Positions 29,310 to 38,687 of a DNA stretch of 56,180 nucleotides are shown piece by piece (the stretch's first letter is position 1; every line of letters starts with the position of its first letter). The DNA comes from Deltaproteobacteria bacterium. Its GTDB lineage: Bacteria > SAR324 > NAC60-12. Under the pieces are notes generated by a model. The model had not been told where the DNA came from and searched no databases. It was given only the letters and a program-made list of their open reading frames with translations. Position numbers and translations under genes: made by a program. The stretch lies in contig NYUB01000088.1 of NCBI GenBank assembly GCA_002683785.1, forward strand, positions 5,160-61,339. The letters run 5' to 3'.

Positions 29310-30473
29310 ATGAATAAGAAAATATTAGGAGTTCTGATCGTATTTGGGCTTATGGGCTCACCGCTTTATGCCGAGAAAGTGAAAGTTGGATTCATGACCA
29401 CTCTCTCGGGACCAGCCGGCATCATCGGTAAACAAATGAAGCATGCTTTCCAATTGGGATTGGATCACATTGGCAATGCCTTTGGTGGAATGGAAAGTTC
29501 TGTCATCTATGGAGATGATCAACGTAAACCCGATGTTGCCAAGCAACTGGCCGACAAGATGGTCAAGAAACATCAAGTGCATTTCGTCACAGGAGTCATC
29601 TGGTCGAATTTGCTGGTCGCGATCCATGGACCAGTCACACGTTCCAATACATTTCTTGTCAGTGCCAACGCAGGTCCCTCGACGGTTGCAGGCAAGCGCT
29701 GTTCTGAGAATTTCTTTAATGTTTCCTGGCAGAATGACCAAACTCCTGAAGCGATGGGTAAATACCTTCAGGATAACGGCATCAATAATGTCTACTTGAT
29801 GGCCCCGAATTATCAGGCGGGAAAGGATATGCTGGCAGGTGTGCAACGTTATTATAAGCGCAAGATTTCCGGAAAGGTTTTCACTAAACTGGGACAGAAG
29901 GATTTCCAGGCTGAAATTTCTACCCTTCGTGCATCAAACCCTGGAGCAGTTTTTGTCTTCCAGCCCGGAGGAATGGGGATCAATTTTGTGAAACAGTACA
30001 ACCAGGCAGGTTTGATGGGTTCAGTTCCACTTTACACGGCATTCACCGTGGATGCGGTTTCCCTTCCGGCCCTCAAAGGTTCAGCAGTGGGAGTGTTGGG
30101 AACCCAAACTTGGAGTCCTGACCTGGATAATCCAGTCAATCGCAGATTTGTACGTGATTTCCGCAAAAAATATGGTTATATCCCATCCTTCTATGCGGCG
30201 CAGTCTTATGACCTGGTCCGTTTCATCGATCACGCCATCCGTGTTGCAGGAGGGATTTCAGATCGGGACGCATTGCGTGATGCAATGCGTTTGGGAGGCT
30301 ACCCTAGCACCCGTGGGAATCTGCGTTTCAACAACAACCACTTCCCAATTCAGAATTTCTACCTGCGTGAAGCGGTCAAAGACTCCGATGGAAGTTATAC
30401 CACCAAGATCATCGACACCGTCTTCACCGATCACGGAGACAATTACGCCAAAGACTGCCGGATGAAATGGTAA
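29310..30473 (+). CDS. LivK-type ABC substrate-binding protein (aromatic-acid-binding subgroup)
   Basis: Signal peptide; GFMTTLSGP, DDQRKPD, SWQNDQ, APNYQAGKD and NNHFPIQNFY motifs. Confidence 0.88.
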   Translation: MNKKILGVLIVFGLMGSPLYAEKVKVGFMTTLSGPAGIIGKQMKHAFQLGLDHIGNAFGGMESSVIYGDDQRKPDVAKQLADKMVKKHQVHFVTGVIWSNLLVAIHGPVTRSNTFLVSANAGPSTVAGKRCSENFFNVSWQNDQTPEAMGKYLQDNGINNVYLMAPNYQAGKDMLAGVQRYYKRKISGKVFTKLGQKDFQAEISTLRASNPGAVFVFQPGGMGINFVKQYNQAGLMGSVPLYTAFTVDAVSLPALKGSAVGVLGTQTWSPDLDNPVNRRFVRDFRKKYGYIPSFYAAQSYDLVRFIDHAIRVAGGISDRDALRDAMRLGGYPSTRGNLRFNNNHFPIQNFYLREAVKDSDGSYTTKIIDTVFTDHGDNYAKDCRMKW

Positions 30474-30559
30474 GTCCGTTTTCACAAGCCTGGCAGAATC
30501 TCCAAAGGCTTGTGAGACAAGGGCGTCAACTCACCCAAAGGACTCCGGACTGAAAAGAC

Positions 30560-31480
30560 ATGGGACTGCTGCTAATTGAGCAAGCATTCAACGGTCTTCA
30601 GTTCGGAGTGATGCTGTTCCTGATTGCCGCTGGACTGACCCTGGTCTTCGGCATCATGGACTTGGTCAACCTCTCCCACGGTTCATTGGTGATGGTCGGA
30701 GCTTATCTGGCGACGACCTTGATCGAATGGACCGGATCCTTCCTGCTCGGAATTCTGTTTGCACTGCCTGCTACGTTTCTTGTCGGAGTGGTGGTGGAAG
30801 TTTTGGTGTTGAGGACTCTTTATGAGCGGGATCACCTGGACCAGGTTTTGGCCACCTTCGGGCTGATCCTTTTTTTCAATGAAGTGATTCGCATCGTCTG
30901 GGGGCCTGCCTCGCTCTATTCCGGTCTGCCCGAAGGTTTATCTGGTCATGTCGAAATCCTTCCCGGTGTTCCCTATCCCACTTTTCGCTTGATGATCATA
31001 CTGGCTGGGTTGCTGGTAGCAGTTTTGATTTATGTCATCGTTGCCAAAACGAGGCTTGGCATGCTCATCCGTGCCGGAGCGAGCAATCGTGAAATGGCGG
31101 GTGCACTCGGAGTCAACATCCGTATGCTGTTCACCCTGGTCTTCGGTCTGGGTGCCAGTTTCGCAGGACTCGCCGGGATGATGCTGGGGCCCTTGACGAG
31201 TGTTGAACCTGGCATGGGAGAACCTCTTTTGATTTTGGCCTTTGTTGTGATCATCATTGGTGGGATCGGTTCCATCCGTGGAGCCTTCATTGCCTCTATT
31301 TTAGTCGGCCTTGTGGATACCCTCGGGCGGGTTTTCCTGCCTATGCTGTTGAGAAGCATGGTTGCTGATTCCACTGCCGACGGGGTGGGACCCGCACTCG
31401 CTTCTATGCTGATCTATATCCTGATGGCCGGAATTCTTGTCATTCGTCCGCGAGGGCTCTTTCCCGCTCGAACCGGTTAA
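30560..31480 (+). CDS. LivH-type ABC permease
   Basis: NGLQFGVMLFLIAAGLTLVFGIMDLVNLSHG and VIIIGGIGS motifs. Confidence 0.9.
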   Translation: MGLLLIEQAFNGLQFGVMLFLIAAGLTLVFGIMDLVNLSHGSLVMVGAYLATTLIEWTGSFLLGILFALPATFLVGVVVEVLVLRTLYERDHLDQVLATFGLILFFNEVIRIVWGPASLYSGLPEGLSGHVEILPGVPYPTFRLMIILAGLLVAVLIYVIVAKTRLGMLIRAGASNREMAGALGVNIRMLFTLVFGLGASFAGLAGMMLGPLTSVEPGMGEPLLILAFVVIIIGGIGSIRGAFIASILVGLVDTLGRVFLPMLLRSMVADSTADGVGPALASMLIYILMAGILVIRPRGLFPARTG

Positions 31481-31494
31481 CCGCTGATTTTTCC

Positions 31495-32466
31495 ATGAGT
31501 GCTGATAAACTCTGGATCACGTGGGCAGGTATGGCCTTGCTGGCGCTCATTCCCATCCTGATCCAGGTGTTCGAACTTCCGGTTTTCTACACGGAGATGT
31601 TTTGTCGGATCATGATCCTTGCCCTCGCCGCAATGAGCCTCGATTTGATTCTCGGTTTTGGAGGAATGGTCAGTTTCGGACATGCGGTTTATCTTGGAAT
31701 CGGATCTTACACCGTGGGGATTTTCAGTTTTTACGAAATCGATAACGGTTTCATCCAATTCCCTGCAACCCTGGTGATTTGTGGAATTTTTGCCCTGCTG
31801 ATTGGAATGATGAGTCTGAGGACGAGTGGCGTTTATTTCATCATGATCACTTTGGCTTTTGCACAGATGGTTTTTTTTCTTGGCATCAGCCTCGAAGAAT
31901 TCGGAGGTGACGACGGAATGCCCGTTTATCGCAGTGAGTTCGGTGGATGGATCGATCTTAATGATCCCCTCAGTTTTTACTACTTCGTTTTTGCCATACT
32001 GCTGCTGTTGCTTTTCCTCTGCCACCGCATCATCCATTCCCGTTTCGGGATGGTTCTTCAAGGCTGCAAATCGAATGAAGCACGGATGCAAGCCCTGGGG
32101 TTTCCAACCTATCGTTACAAGCTTGCAGCATTTGTCATCTCCGGAATGATCTGCGGCATTGCCGGAGCGCTTTTTGCCAACTGGAATGAATTTGTCTCGC
32201 CTGCAATCATGCACTGGACCCGATCCGGAGATTTATTGATCATGGTCATTCTCGGCGGTATGGGGACCCTCTTTGGGCCGGTATTGGGAACGGTGCTGTT
32301 TCTGCTTCTTGAAGAATACCTTCCTGAGTGGATGGATGCCTTGTTATTCCCGGGTGCTGGAGAACACTGGATGGGAGTAATGGGCCCCTTGCTGATTCTG
32401 CTTGTTCTATTCGCCCGTGGAGGGATTCATTCACTGCTCGGCCGCTTGAGAATCAGAAATGGCTGA
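31495..32466 (+). CDS. LivM-type ABC permease
   Basis: GGMVSFGHA, GVYFIMITLAFAQM and MVILGGMGTLFGP motifs. Confidence 0.9.
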   Translation: MSADKLWITWAGMALLALIPILIQVFELPVFYTEMFCRIMILALAAMSLDLILGFGGMVSFGHAVYLGIGSYTVGIFSFYEIDNGFIQFPATLVICGIFALLIGMMSLRTSGVYFIMITLAFAQMVFFLGISLEEFGGDDGMPVYRSEFGGWIDLNDPLSFYYFVFAILLLLLFLCHRIIHSRFGMVLQGCKSNEARMQALGFPTYRYKLAAFVISGMICGIAGALFANWNEFVSPAIMHWTRSGDLLIMVILGGMGTLFGPVLGTVLFLLLEEYLPEWMDALLFPGAGEHWMGVMGPLLILLVLFARGGIHSLLGRLRIRNG

Positions 32467-33235
32467 AATATTACTCAAAACCGAGAAGCTGACCAAATCC
32501 TTTGGAGGCCTGGTTGCAATCAGCGAGCTTTCCATGGAGGTTGAAGAAGGAGAGATACACGCCGTAATTGGGCCCAACGGGGCCGGGAAAACCACCTTGA
32601 TCGCCCAACTTTCGGGATCCCTCAGACCGGATTCCGGAAGTATTTTTTTCCAGAATCAGGACATTACCCAACTTCCAGAATACCGCCGAAGTTCCCTGGG
32701 ACTGGCCCGCTCCTTCCAGATCACGAGTGTGCTCCAGAATTTTTCCGCACTGGATAATGTCGCACTTGCCGTTCAGGCCCAGGCTGGTCACTCATTTCGG
32801 TTCTGGAGCAAAGCCCGGAAAGCAACCGATCTGAGAGAGCCTGCCCTCAATGTGCTAGAAAAAATTGGTCTTTCTGAACGGGTGGATGTTCCTGCCTCAA
32901 GTCTCAGCCACGGAGAGCAAAGGCAATTGGAACTGGCGATGGCGCTTGCAACCCGACCGAAAATGCTTTTGCTCGACGAACCCATGGCCGGGATGGGGGT
33001 TGAGGAAAGTCAGCGCATGGTCGAGGTCTTGGCGGAACTAAAGGGAACACACACACTGGTGCTCATCGAACATGATATGGATGCCGTCTTTGCCCTGGCC
33101 GACCGCATCACGGTTCTTGTCTATGGACAGTCCATTGCTTGTGACACCCCCCCAAACATACGTTCCAACCCTGAAGTCCGAAAAGCATACTTGGGTGAAG
33201 GCGAAGAATCCTCTGAAACATTTGTGGATGAATAA
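32459..33235 (+). CDS. LivG-type ABC ATPase
   Basis: GPNGAGKTT, ARSFQIT, LSHGEQR, LLDEP, IEHDMD and AYLG motifs. Confidence 0.92.
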   Translation: MAEILLKTEKLTKSFGGLVAISELSMEVEEGEIHAVIGPNGAGKTTLIAQLSGSLRPDSGSIFFQNQDITQLPEYRRSSLGLARSFQITSVLQNFSALDNVALAVQAQAGHSFRFWSKARKATDLREPALNVLEKIGLSERVDVPASSLSHGEQRQLELAMALATRPKMLLLDEPMAGMGVEESQRMVEVLAELKGTHTLVLIEHDMDAVFALADRITVLVYGQSIACDTPPNIRSNPEVRKAYLGEGEESSETFVDE

Positions 33236-33249
33236 CCTGAAACAGTTCT

Positions 33250-34116
33250 ATGCCTGAGTTGCACTTTGAAGCATTGCATCCCGACTTTGGAGCAAAAGTG
33301 ACGGGGTTGTCATTCACAGATAGACTGAGTCAAGAGATCGTTTCAGAAATTCAAAAGGCGATTGATCAGTATTCACTCCTCCATTTTCCGAACCAGAAGA
33401 TGAACGATGAATCCCACATGGTCATTACACGATGTCTGGGTGAACCTGAGGCAGAACACGTGACTTACGGCAAGACCGGAAAGATCGTTTATTTTGGAAC
33501 GGTTGGCAACGTGATGGATGACGACAGTAAAAAGGATGGAACGGATCCGAGCACGCTTTACCAGAAAGGAAATGAACTCTGGCATTCGGATTCTTCATTC
33601 AGAAAAATACCATCATACTTCTCGATCACCCATGCCTATGAAGTTCCAGGTGAAGGAGGTGAGACCGAGTTTGCAAGCATGCGCTCTGCCTATGCCCGGC
33701 TGCCTCGGGAAAAGCAGGAAAAAATCGAAAACCTCAGCTGTATCCATGATTATGTTTTTTCACGCAGCCCTGTTGCACCAGTGAACCCTAAGCACGCGGC
33801 TTCCTTGCCACCGGTGGAGCATAAACTAGTCAGGACCAATCCTGTGAATGGACTGAAAAACTACTTTGTCGGTTCCCATGCCCGTTCTGTGGTAGGCTGG
33901 CATGGGGTCGAAAGCCGGAAACTGCTCGATGATTTGCTGGAATGGTCGACTCAACCAAAGGATGTTTATTCCCACAAGTGGGCAGCAGGTGACACGGTTG
34001 TCTGGGATAACCGTTGCTTACTTCACCGTGGGGCAGGCTATAACGCAGATCGCTGGCGTCGCAGGATGCGTCAAACGCGTGTTGCGGGGAAAGTTTCTAC
34101 ACTTGAGGAACCGTAA
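33250..34116 (+). CDS. TauD/TfdA family Fe(II)/2-oxoglutarate dioxygenase
   Basis: WHSDSSF (HxD), GGETEFA and WDNRCLLHR motifs. Confidence 0.9.
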   Translation: MPELHFEALHPDFGAKVTGLSFTDRLSQEIVSEIQKAIDQYSLLHFPNQKMNDESHMVITRCLGEPEAEHVTYGKTGKIVYFGTVGNVMDDDSKKDGTDPSTLYQKGNELWHSDSSFRKIPSYFSITHAYEVPGEGGETEFASMRSAYARLPREKQEKIENLSCIHDYVFSRSPVAPVNPKHAASLPPVEHKLVRTNPVNGLKNYFVGSHARSVVGWHGVESRKLLDDLLEWSTQPKDVYSHKWAAGDTVVWDNRCLLHRGAGYNADRWRRRMRQTRVAGKVSTLEEP

Positions 34117-34157
34117 CCTCTGCTGCCTGATGTACTGACATTGATCTGAATTTGAGG

Positions 34158-34412
34158 ATGCTGCTGAAAATCATGCTGGTATTGTCTGTTCTGCTTGGAA
34201 CAAGCGGAATGATTTTTCTTCAATTCTATGCAGAAGCTCAGGAAGCATGTGAAAGGATCAGTGATCAATGTGTAGATGCAGGATTTGCCTGGGAGGCATC
34301 CGGGAAACTGATGCTTCTAACGGCGATCTTCACGGTCATTACGGGGCTCATGAACCTGTTTGTCCATCATTTGAAGGAGAGGATGTCAGAAACAGAAAGA
34401 AAACGAGGCTGA
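34158..34412 (+). CDS. Small hypothetical membrane protein
   Basis: Two hydrophobic segments flanking a Cys pair. Confidence 0.5.
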   Translation: MLLKIMLVLSVLLGTSGMIFLQFYAEAQEACERISDQCVDAGFAWEASGKLMLLTAIFTVITGLMNLFVHHLKERMSETERKRG

Positions 34413-34428
34413 CTCGGCAGAAGGTTTT

Positions 34429-35262
34429 TTAGAGTTTTCTCGTATTTTTTTCTGCTCCGGCGTAGAGGACACTCCTCAAAGCCTGGGTGGCCTTCTCATG
34501 GAATTGGACGGCATCAGGGTCAAAGTCGTTTCTGGGGACAGGAGTCGGTTCGAAATGCTTGAAATCATCCTGACCGCGGACCAGTGCGGCACTGTCCCAA
34601 TTGCCCACAATCTGTTTTGTATCTGGAGGCATGTAGTGCATCGAAATTCCTATCCGGCGGTCATCCGAATCATTGGGACCTGATGCATGGGCAATGCGAT
34701 AATTATGGATCGACATTTGCCCCGCTTCAAGAGGCATCAACACGGATTCTGATTCATCAACGCCTTCCGAGATTTCCTGACCGCGTGTCAGCATGTTATC
34801 ATGATGATAGCGATCATCATGGGGCAACACCTCCCCCCGGTGTGTCCCGGGCATCACCCTCATGCATCCGCTTTTCTGGGATGCTGGTGATAGAGCAAGC
34901 CAGGCAGTCAAAACATTTTTACTGGATAAACCCCAGTATCGGGTATCCTGATGCCATGAAACAAAACTTTGGGAATGGGCTTCCTTGATCCAGAAGATGG
35001 TGTTCCAGCAGAGGATATCAGAACCGATCAGGTCTTCAACAGGATCCAGAATACGTGGATCACGGATCAGATCATCCAGCCATTTGAAGAGCAGGTGTGA
35101 TTTGTTCCGCTGAGACGCCTCCAGTTTACCATCTTGGGTCGCTTCAAAGGACTCCAGTTTTTCACGACACGTTTTCAATTCTGAGTCGGAAAGCACCTCA
35201 ACCGGAAACACATAGCCGAATTTCTCAAAATCCTCGATTTCGTTCTGATTGAATGGGCTCAT
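34429..35262 (-). CDS. PhyH (phytanoyl-CoA dioxygenase) family Fe/2OG oxygenase
   Basis: SWHQD, AWLAL, GCMRVMPGTH and HASGPNDSDDRRIG motifs. Confidence 0.9.
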   Translation of the reverse strand: MSPFNQNEIEDFEKFGYVFPVEVLSDSELKTCREKLESFEATQDGKLEASQRNKSHLLFKWLDDLIRDPRILDPVEDLIGSDILCWNTIFWIKEAHSQSFVSWHQDTRYWGLSSKNVLTAWLALSPASQKSGCMRVMPGTHRGEVLPHDDRYHHDNMLTRGQEISEGVDESESVLMPLEAGQMSIHNYRIAHASGPNDSDDRRIGISMHYMPPDTKQIVGNWDSAALVRGQDDFKHFEPTPVPRNDFDPDAVQFHEKATQALRSVLYAGAEKNTRKL

Positions 35263-35471
35263 GGGGATCCTTTCTTATCCGGATTAAATCAATGCCAAAC
35301 TCTCAACCACTGGCTAAGATAATCCATCAGTCCCTGGCATTCAATGCCTTAAATCTTGATGGGAGTTGTGAAAGGATCATTCAAATTCGCTCTGTTGAAT
35401 GGATTCTTAACTAACAGAAAATAATTTATATCCGTGAGTCATGGGAGCAGAGATCTGCTCCCACCTTGGTA

Positions 35472-36662
35472 TTATCCCATTTTCAGTACGATGGCTGCTG
35501 CAGTATCCCCAGCTGCACAGCCCGCAACCAGCAGATAACCACCACCCAGCAAGGCCAATTCTTCGATGCCTTCGATGATCAAACGTCCGACGGTCGGCCC
35601 CTGGGGATGTCCGAAAATGAGGGAGCAACCGTAATTGTTCATCATCTCTGCATCCAGTCCAAGCGTTTGGGCCAGATAAAGATCGTTGGCAGCAAAGGGG
35701 TTGTGGGTTTTGATGACCTTCAAATCTCCGGGTGTGAGATCGGCACCTTCAAGCGCCATCTGTGATGCAGGAGTGACTGCCATCGCCATGTGCGCTTTTT
35801 TGGCACGGGCGTATCCGTATGACAGAATCCGGATAATCCGGTTTGGGTCTTCACTCAATTCCATGGCCTTGTCCCGGGTGGTCAGTGTCAGCGCACATTG
35901 TCCATCCGCAGGATGCGTCTGGGTTCCAAAAGTGTGAACGCCGTCGGGGATGACGGGACGAAGTTTAGCCAGACCTTCAGCGGTGCTTTCCATCACCCCT
36001 TCATCGGCGTCCACCGTGAGGGTTTGCTTTCTGGAAATTTTGAGTTCCACCGGAAACATATAGCCTTTCTGAAAAGTACGGTCCTGTTCGAGTGCTTGCT
36101 GATACTGCTGAAAACGTCGCACCGTGAGTTCATCACACTGTTCACGGCTGATTCCTGAGGCCCCAGCCACGTTTTCTGCAGTCTGGATCATCGCTCCACC
36201 TGCCCAGGGATCGAGGTTGAAATTGTCCATCACCCAGTCTTCCGAAACCACCTGCCCGCCCGGTCCTTTGGGATTGGGCCAGATGCTGTGCGGACCGTTC
36301 GAACAGCGGTCGCTCATCAGGCAGTATGCGGTATCGTACATGCCGGTTTCAACACCCATCCCCGCCTGATAAACAGAAATGGTGGAGGTGGAGCAGGCCT
36401 GGTTGATCATCACTCCCGGAACCGAATCGGCTCCGATCAGCGCGGAGGCCCAAGGACCTCCGTAAAATCCCCGGGGCTGGTGCACCGTGGAACCGAGAAA
36501 CAGATAATCGATGATTTTCGGATCCCATTGTTTCTTTTCAAGCCAGCGACGGGATGTTTCCGCTCCCAGGGTGATTGCGTTTTCCTGGGCAAAGCTCCCC
36601 TGCCAGCGGGCAAAAGGAGAGCTGTAATAACCGCGGTAGGGAATGAAGGCATGGTTTAGCAT
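35472..36662 (-). CDS. Thiolase family protein (acyl-CoA C-acyltransferase)
   Basis: NQACSTS nucleophile Cys, ADEG, GHPQG and C-terminal GCAAGD motifs. Confidence 0.88.
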   Translation of the reverse strand: MLNHAFIPYRGYYSSPFARWQGSFAQENAITLGAETSRRWLEKKQWDPKIIDYLFLGSTVHQPRGFYGGPWASALIGADSVPGVMINQACSTSTISVYQAGMGVETGMYDTAYCLMSDRCSNGPHSIWPNPKGPGGQVVSEDWVMDNFNLDPWAGGAMIQTAENVAGASGISREQCDELTVRRFQQYQQALEQDRTFQKGYMFPVELKISRKQTLTVDADEGVMESTAEGLAKLRPVIPDGVHTFGTQTHPADGQCALTLTTRDKAMELSEDPNRIIRILSYGYARAKKAHMAMAVTPASQMALEGADLTPGDLKVIKTHNPFAANDLYLAQTLGLDAEMMNNYGCSLIFGHPQGPTVGRLIIEGIEELALLGGGYLLVAGCAAGDTAAAIVLKMG

Positions 36663-36761
36663 CTTGAATGACTCCGTAATCAGGTTATCTTGAAATATTA
36701 CGCATGGAAGACTTCATTCTGGACGGAGGTATATGCCGTCTTTCAGAAAAAGAATAAATCT

Positions 36762-38342
36762 TCACCATTCCATGGCAGGAGAGTCTTTGTCCAGCAGTTC
36801 GAGCATTGTTCCGGATTGGATGAGGTCTGCCACAACCTCGAGCGGATCAGTCAATGGGAGATCCCGATCCAGATAGGGGATTTTTTCACGAACCAGTTGC
36901 AGGACCTCCAAGGTCTTGGAACTGAGCTGGTCACTTCCACGAATATCCGCCGCCTGACAGGCACAGATCAGTTCGAAAGCTGTGATGAGACGTGTATTGC
37001 GCAATATGTCCCGTGCCCTTCTTGCCCCAATCAGACCCATTGAAACATGATCCTGAAAATCACCGGTGGAGGTCAACGTCTGAATCGAAACGGGCGTGCA
37101 GAGCGAACGGTTTTCGGCAGTCAGGGAGGTGGCCGCAAACTGTCCTCCCATCAGCCCCAGTCGCAGCCCTGGATTCTCCCTGCAGAGAAAGGGCGGAAGC
37201 CCTACGTTGTGGTCAGGGTCGAGAAAACGGTCGGTCCGCCGGTCCGAGAGGTTGCAGAGGTTCGTCAAGACGATGGAAAGCTGGTCCATGGCATTGGCGA
37301 TGTACTGCCCGTGAAAGTTGGCATTATGAAACGCCTCCCCGTGTTCCACCAAAATCAGCGGATTGTCATTGGTCGAATTGAGTTCGGTCTTTACTGTCTG
37401 CTCGATGAAGAGGGTGGTATCGAGCACCGGACCCAGAATCTGTGGGGTGGCACGGATCGAATAAGGGTCTTCGATCTGTTGTTCCAGCCCTTCCGGTTCT
37501 TCGCTCCGCAGTTCTCGCAGCCAGCGTTCGACCTCCTCATCCTGGACCACCATTTTGCTGTCAGAAAGGATGTCGAAGATGGATGCTGCCACCCGGATTT
37601 GTCCCGGATGCGGTTTATTTTCATGTGCGGCCGGATGGAAGGGCATGATCTTGCCCTTCAGCACCTCAATGCTGAGGCTGGAAATAAGCAGGTAGTTCTT
37701 GATCAGGGTTTTTGCATCTGAGGTCAGACAGGCTGCGATGCCGGTCATCGTCGAGGTGCCGTTGATCAACGCCAGGCCTTCCTTGTAGCCCAGTACCATC
37801 GGTTTGATTCCGGCCCGTTCCAGGGCTTCGCTGCCGGAGACGATTTCCCCCTCGAAGGAGGCACGCCAATACCCGCATCCAACCATTGCCACACAGGCCA
37901 GCGGTCCCAGGTCTCCGCTTGCTCCCAGGGATCCCTGTTCGGGAATGCAGGGCAGGATGCCGGCGTTGTAAAGATCGACGTATTTTTTATAGTTCTCGAA
38001 GCTGATCGCGGAAGCACCGCGGCCCAGGGAATTGAGACGGGCGAGCATTGTCGCCCGTACATATTCATCATCCAGGAGACGGCCGACGTTGGAGGCTACG
38101 CCGCGAAGGATGTTGTTCTGCAAAGCCTCGGCGTAGGCGGGCGGAACCAGCCAGTTGACAAAACCTCCGACTCCTGTGGTGACGCCATAGATCACCCGGC
38201 CTGAATCGACAAACTGATCCAGAAGCTTCCTGGAAGCCCGAACGCGTTCCTCGATTTCAGGGGATATTTCCACCCAGAACTCCGGGTGCCGTGCCATTTC
38301 GGTGATTTGTTCGACGCTAAGGGTGCTTCCATCGAGAATCAT
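36762..38342 (-). CDS. MIO-dependent aromatic amino acid aminomutase/ammonia-lyase, AdmH/EncP-like, copy 2 (526 aa)
   Basis: IYGVTTGVGGFVN, LQNNI...NVG, GSLG-ASG-DLGPL (MIO), KEGLALINGT, NDNPL and GDFQDHVS motifs; AAGGAGG RBS before ATG 38342. Confidence 0.9.
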   Translation of the reverse strand: MILDGSTLSVEQITEMARHPEFWVEISPEIEERVRASRKLLDQFVDSGRVIYGVTTGVGGFVNWLVPPAYAEALQNNILRGVASNVGRLLDDEYVRATMLARLNSLGRGASAISFENYKKYVDLYNAGILPCIPEQGSLGASGDLGPLACVAMVGCGYWRASFEGEIVSGSEALERAGIKPMVLGYKEGLALINGTSTMTGIAACLTSDAKTLIKNYLLISSLSIEVLKGKIMPFHPAAHENKPHPGQIRVAASIFDILSDSKMVVQDEEVERWLRELRSEEPEGLEQQIEDPYSIRATPQILGPVLDTTLFIEQTVKTELNSTNDNPLILVEHGEAFHNANFHGQYIANAMDQLSIVLTNLCNLSDRRTDRFLDPDHNVGLPPFLCRENPGLRLGLMGGQFAATSLTAENRSLCTPVSIQTLTSTGDFQDHVSMGLIGARRARDILRNTRLITAFELICACQAADIRGSDQLSSKTLEVLQLVREKIPYLDRDLPLTDPLEVVADLIQSGTMLELLDKDSPAMEW

Positions 38343-38383
38343 TTTTCCCTCCTTGTTAAATTTTAATTGGCCGTTGGTCAAAG

Positions 38384-38678
38384 TCAGGAATCCTTGATCC
38401 TTCTTATCAGCTTTGCCTTGGATTCATATTTGGGAAGCGTTCCCTGATCAATCAGTTCCACTTCTGTCCGAAAAATCAGTTTTTTCGCAGTAGTTCCAGT
38501 TCCTCAAAATATGGCACATCATCACGCTTCAGCCCGGTACCATTGAATTGTGCCTGGGAAAAAGATGAATGACCCAGATATGATCGATTCCATTCTAAAA
38601 AGCCTCCTGCGGAACTTTTAAGAAGGGTTCCTCCGGCAGGGTTTCCATCGATTTGTTCCAGCATCCTGTATCGCTCAT
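38384..38678 (-). pseudogene. Internally deleted, frameshifted phenylacetate-CoA-ligase (PaaK) family gene
   Basis: GAGGAGG RBS then MSDTGCWNKSMETLPEE* (PaaK-like N-terminus); second frame HSSFSQAQFNGTGLKRDDVPYFEELE; then C-terminus LIFRTEVELIDQGTLPKYESKAKLIRR*; the central catalytic part is absent. Confidence 0.7.
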
Positions 38679-38687
38679 TTTTCCTCC

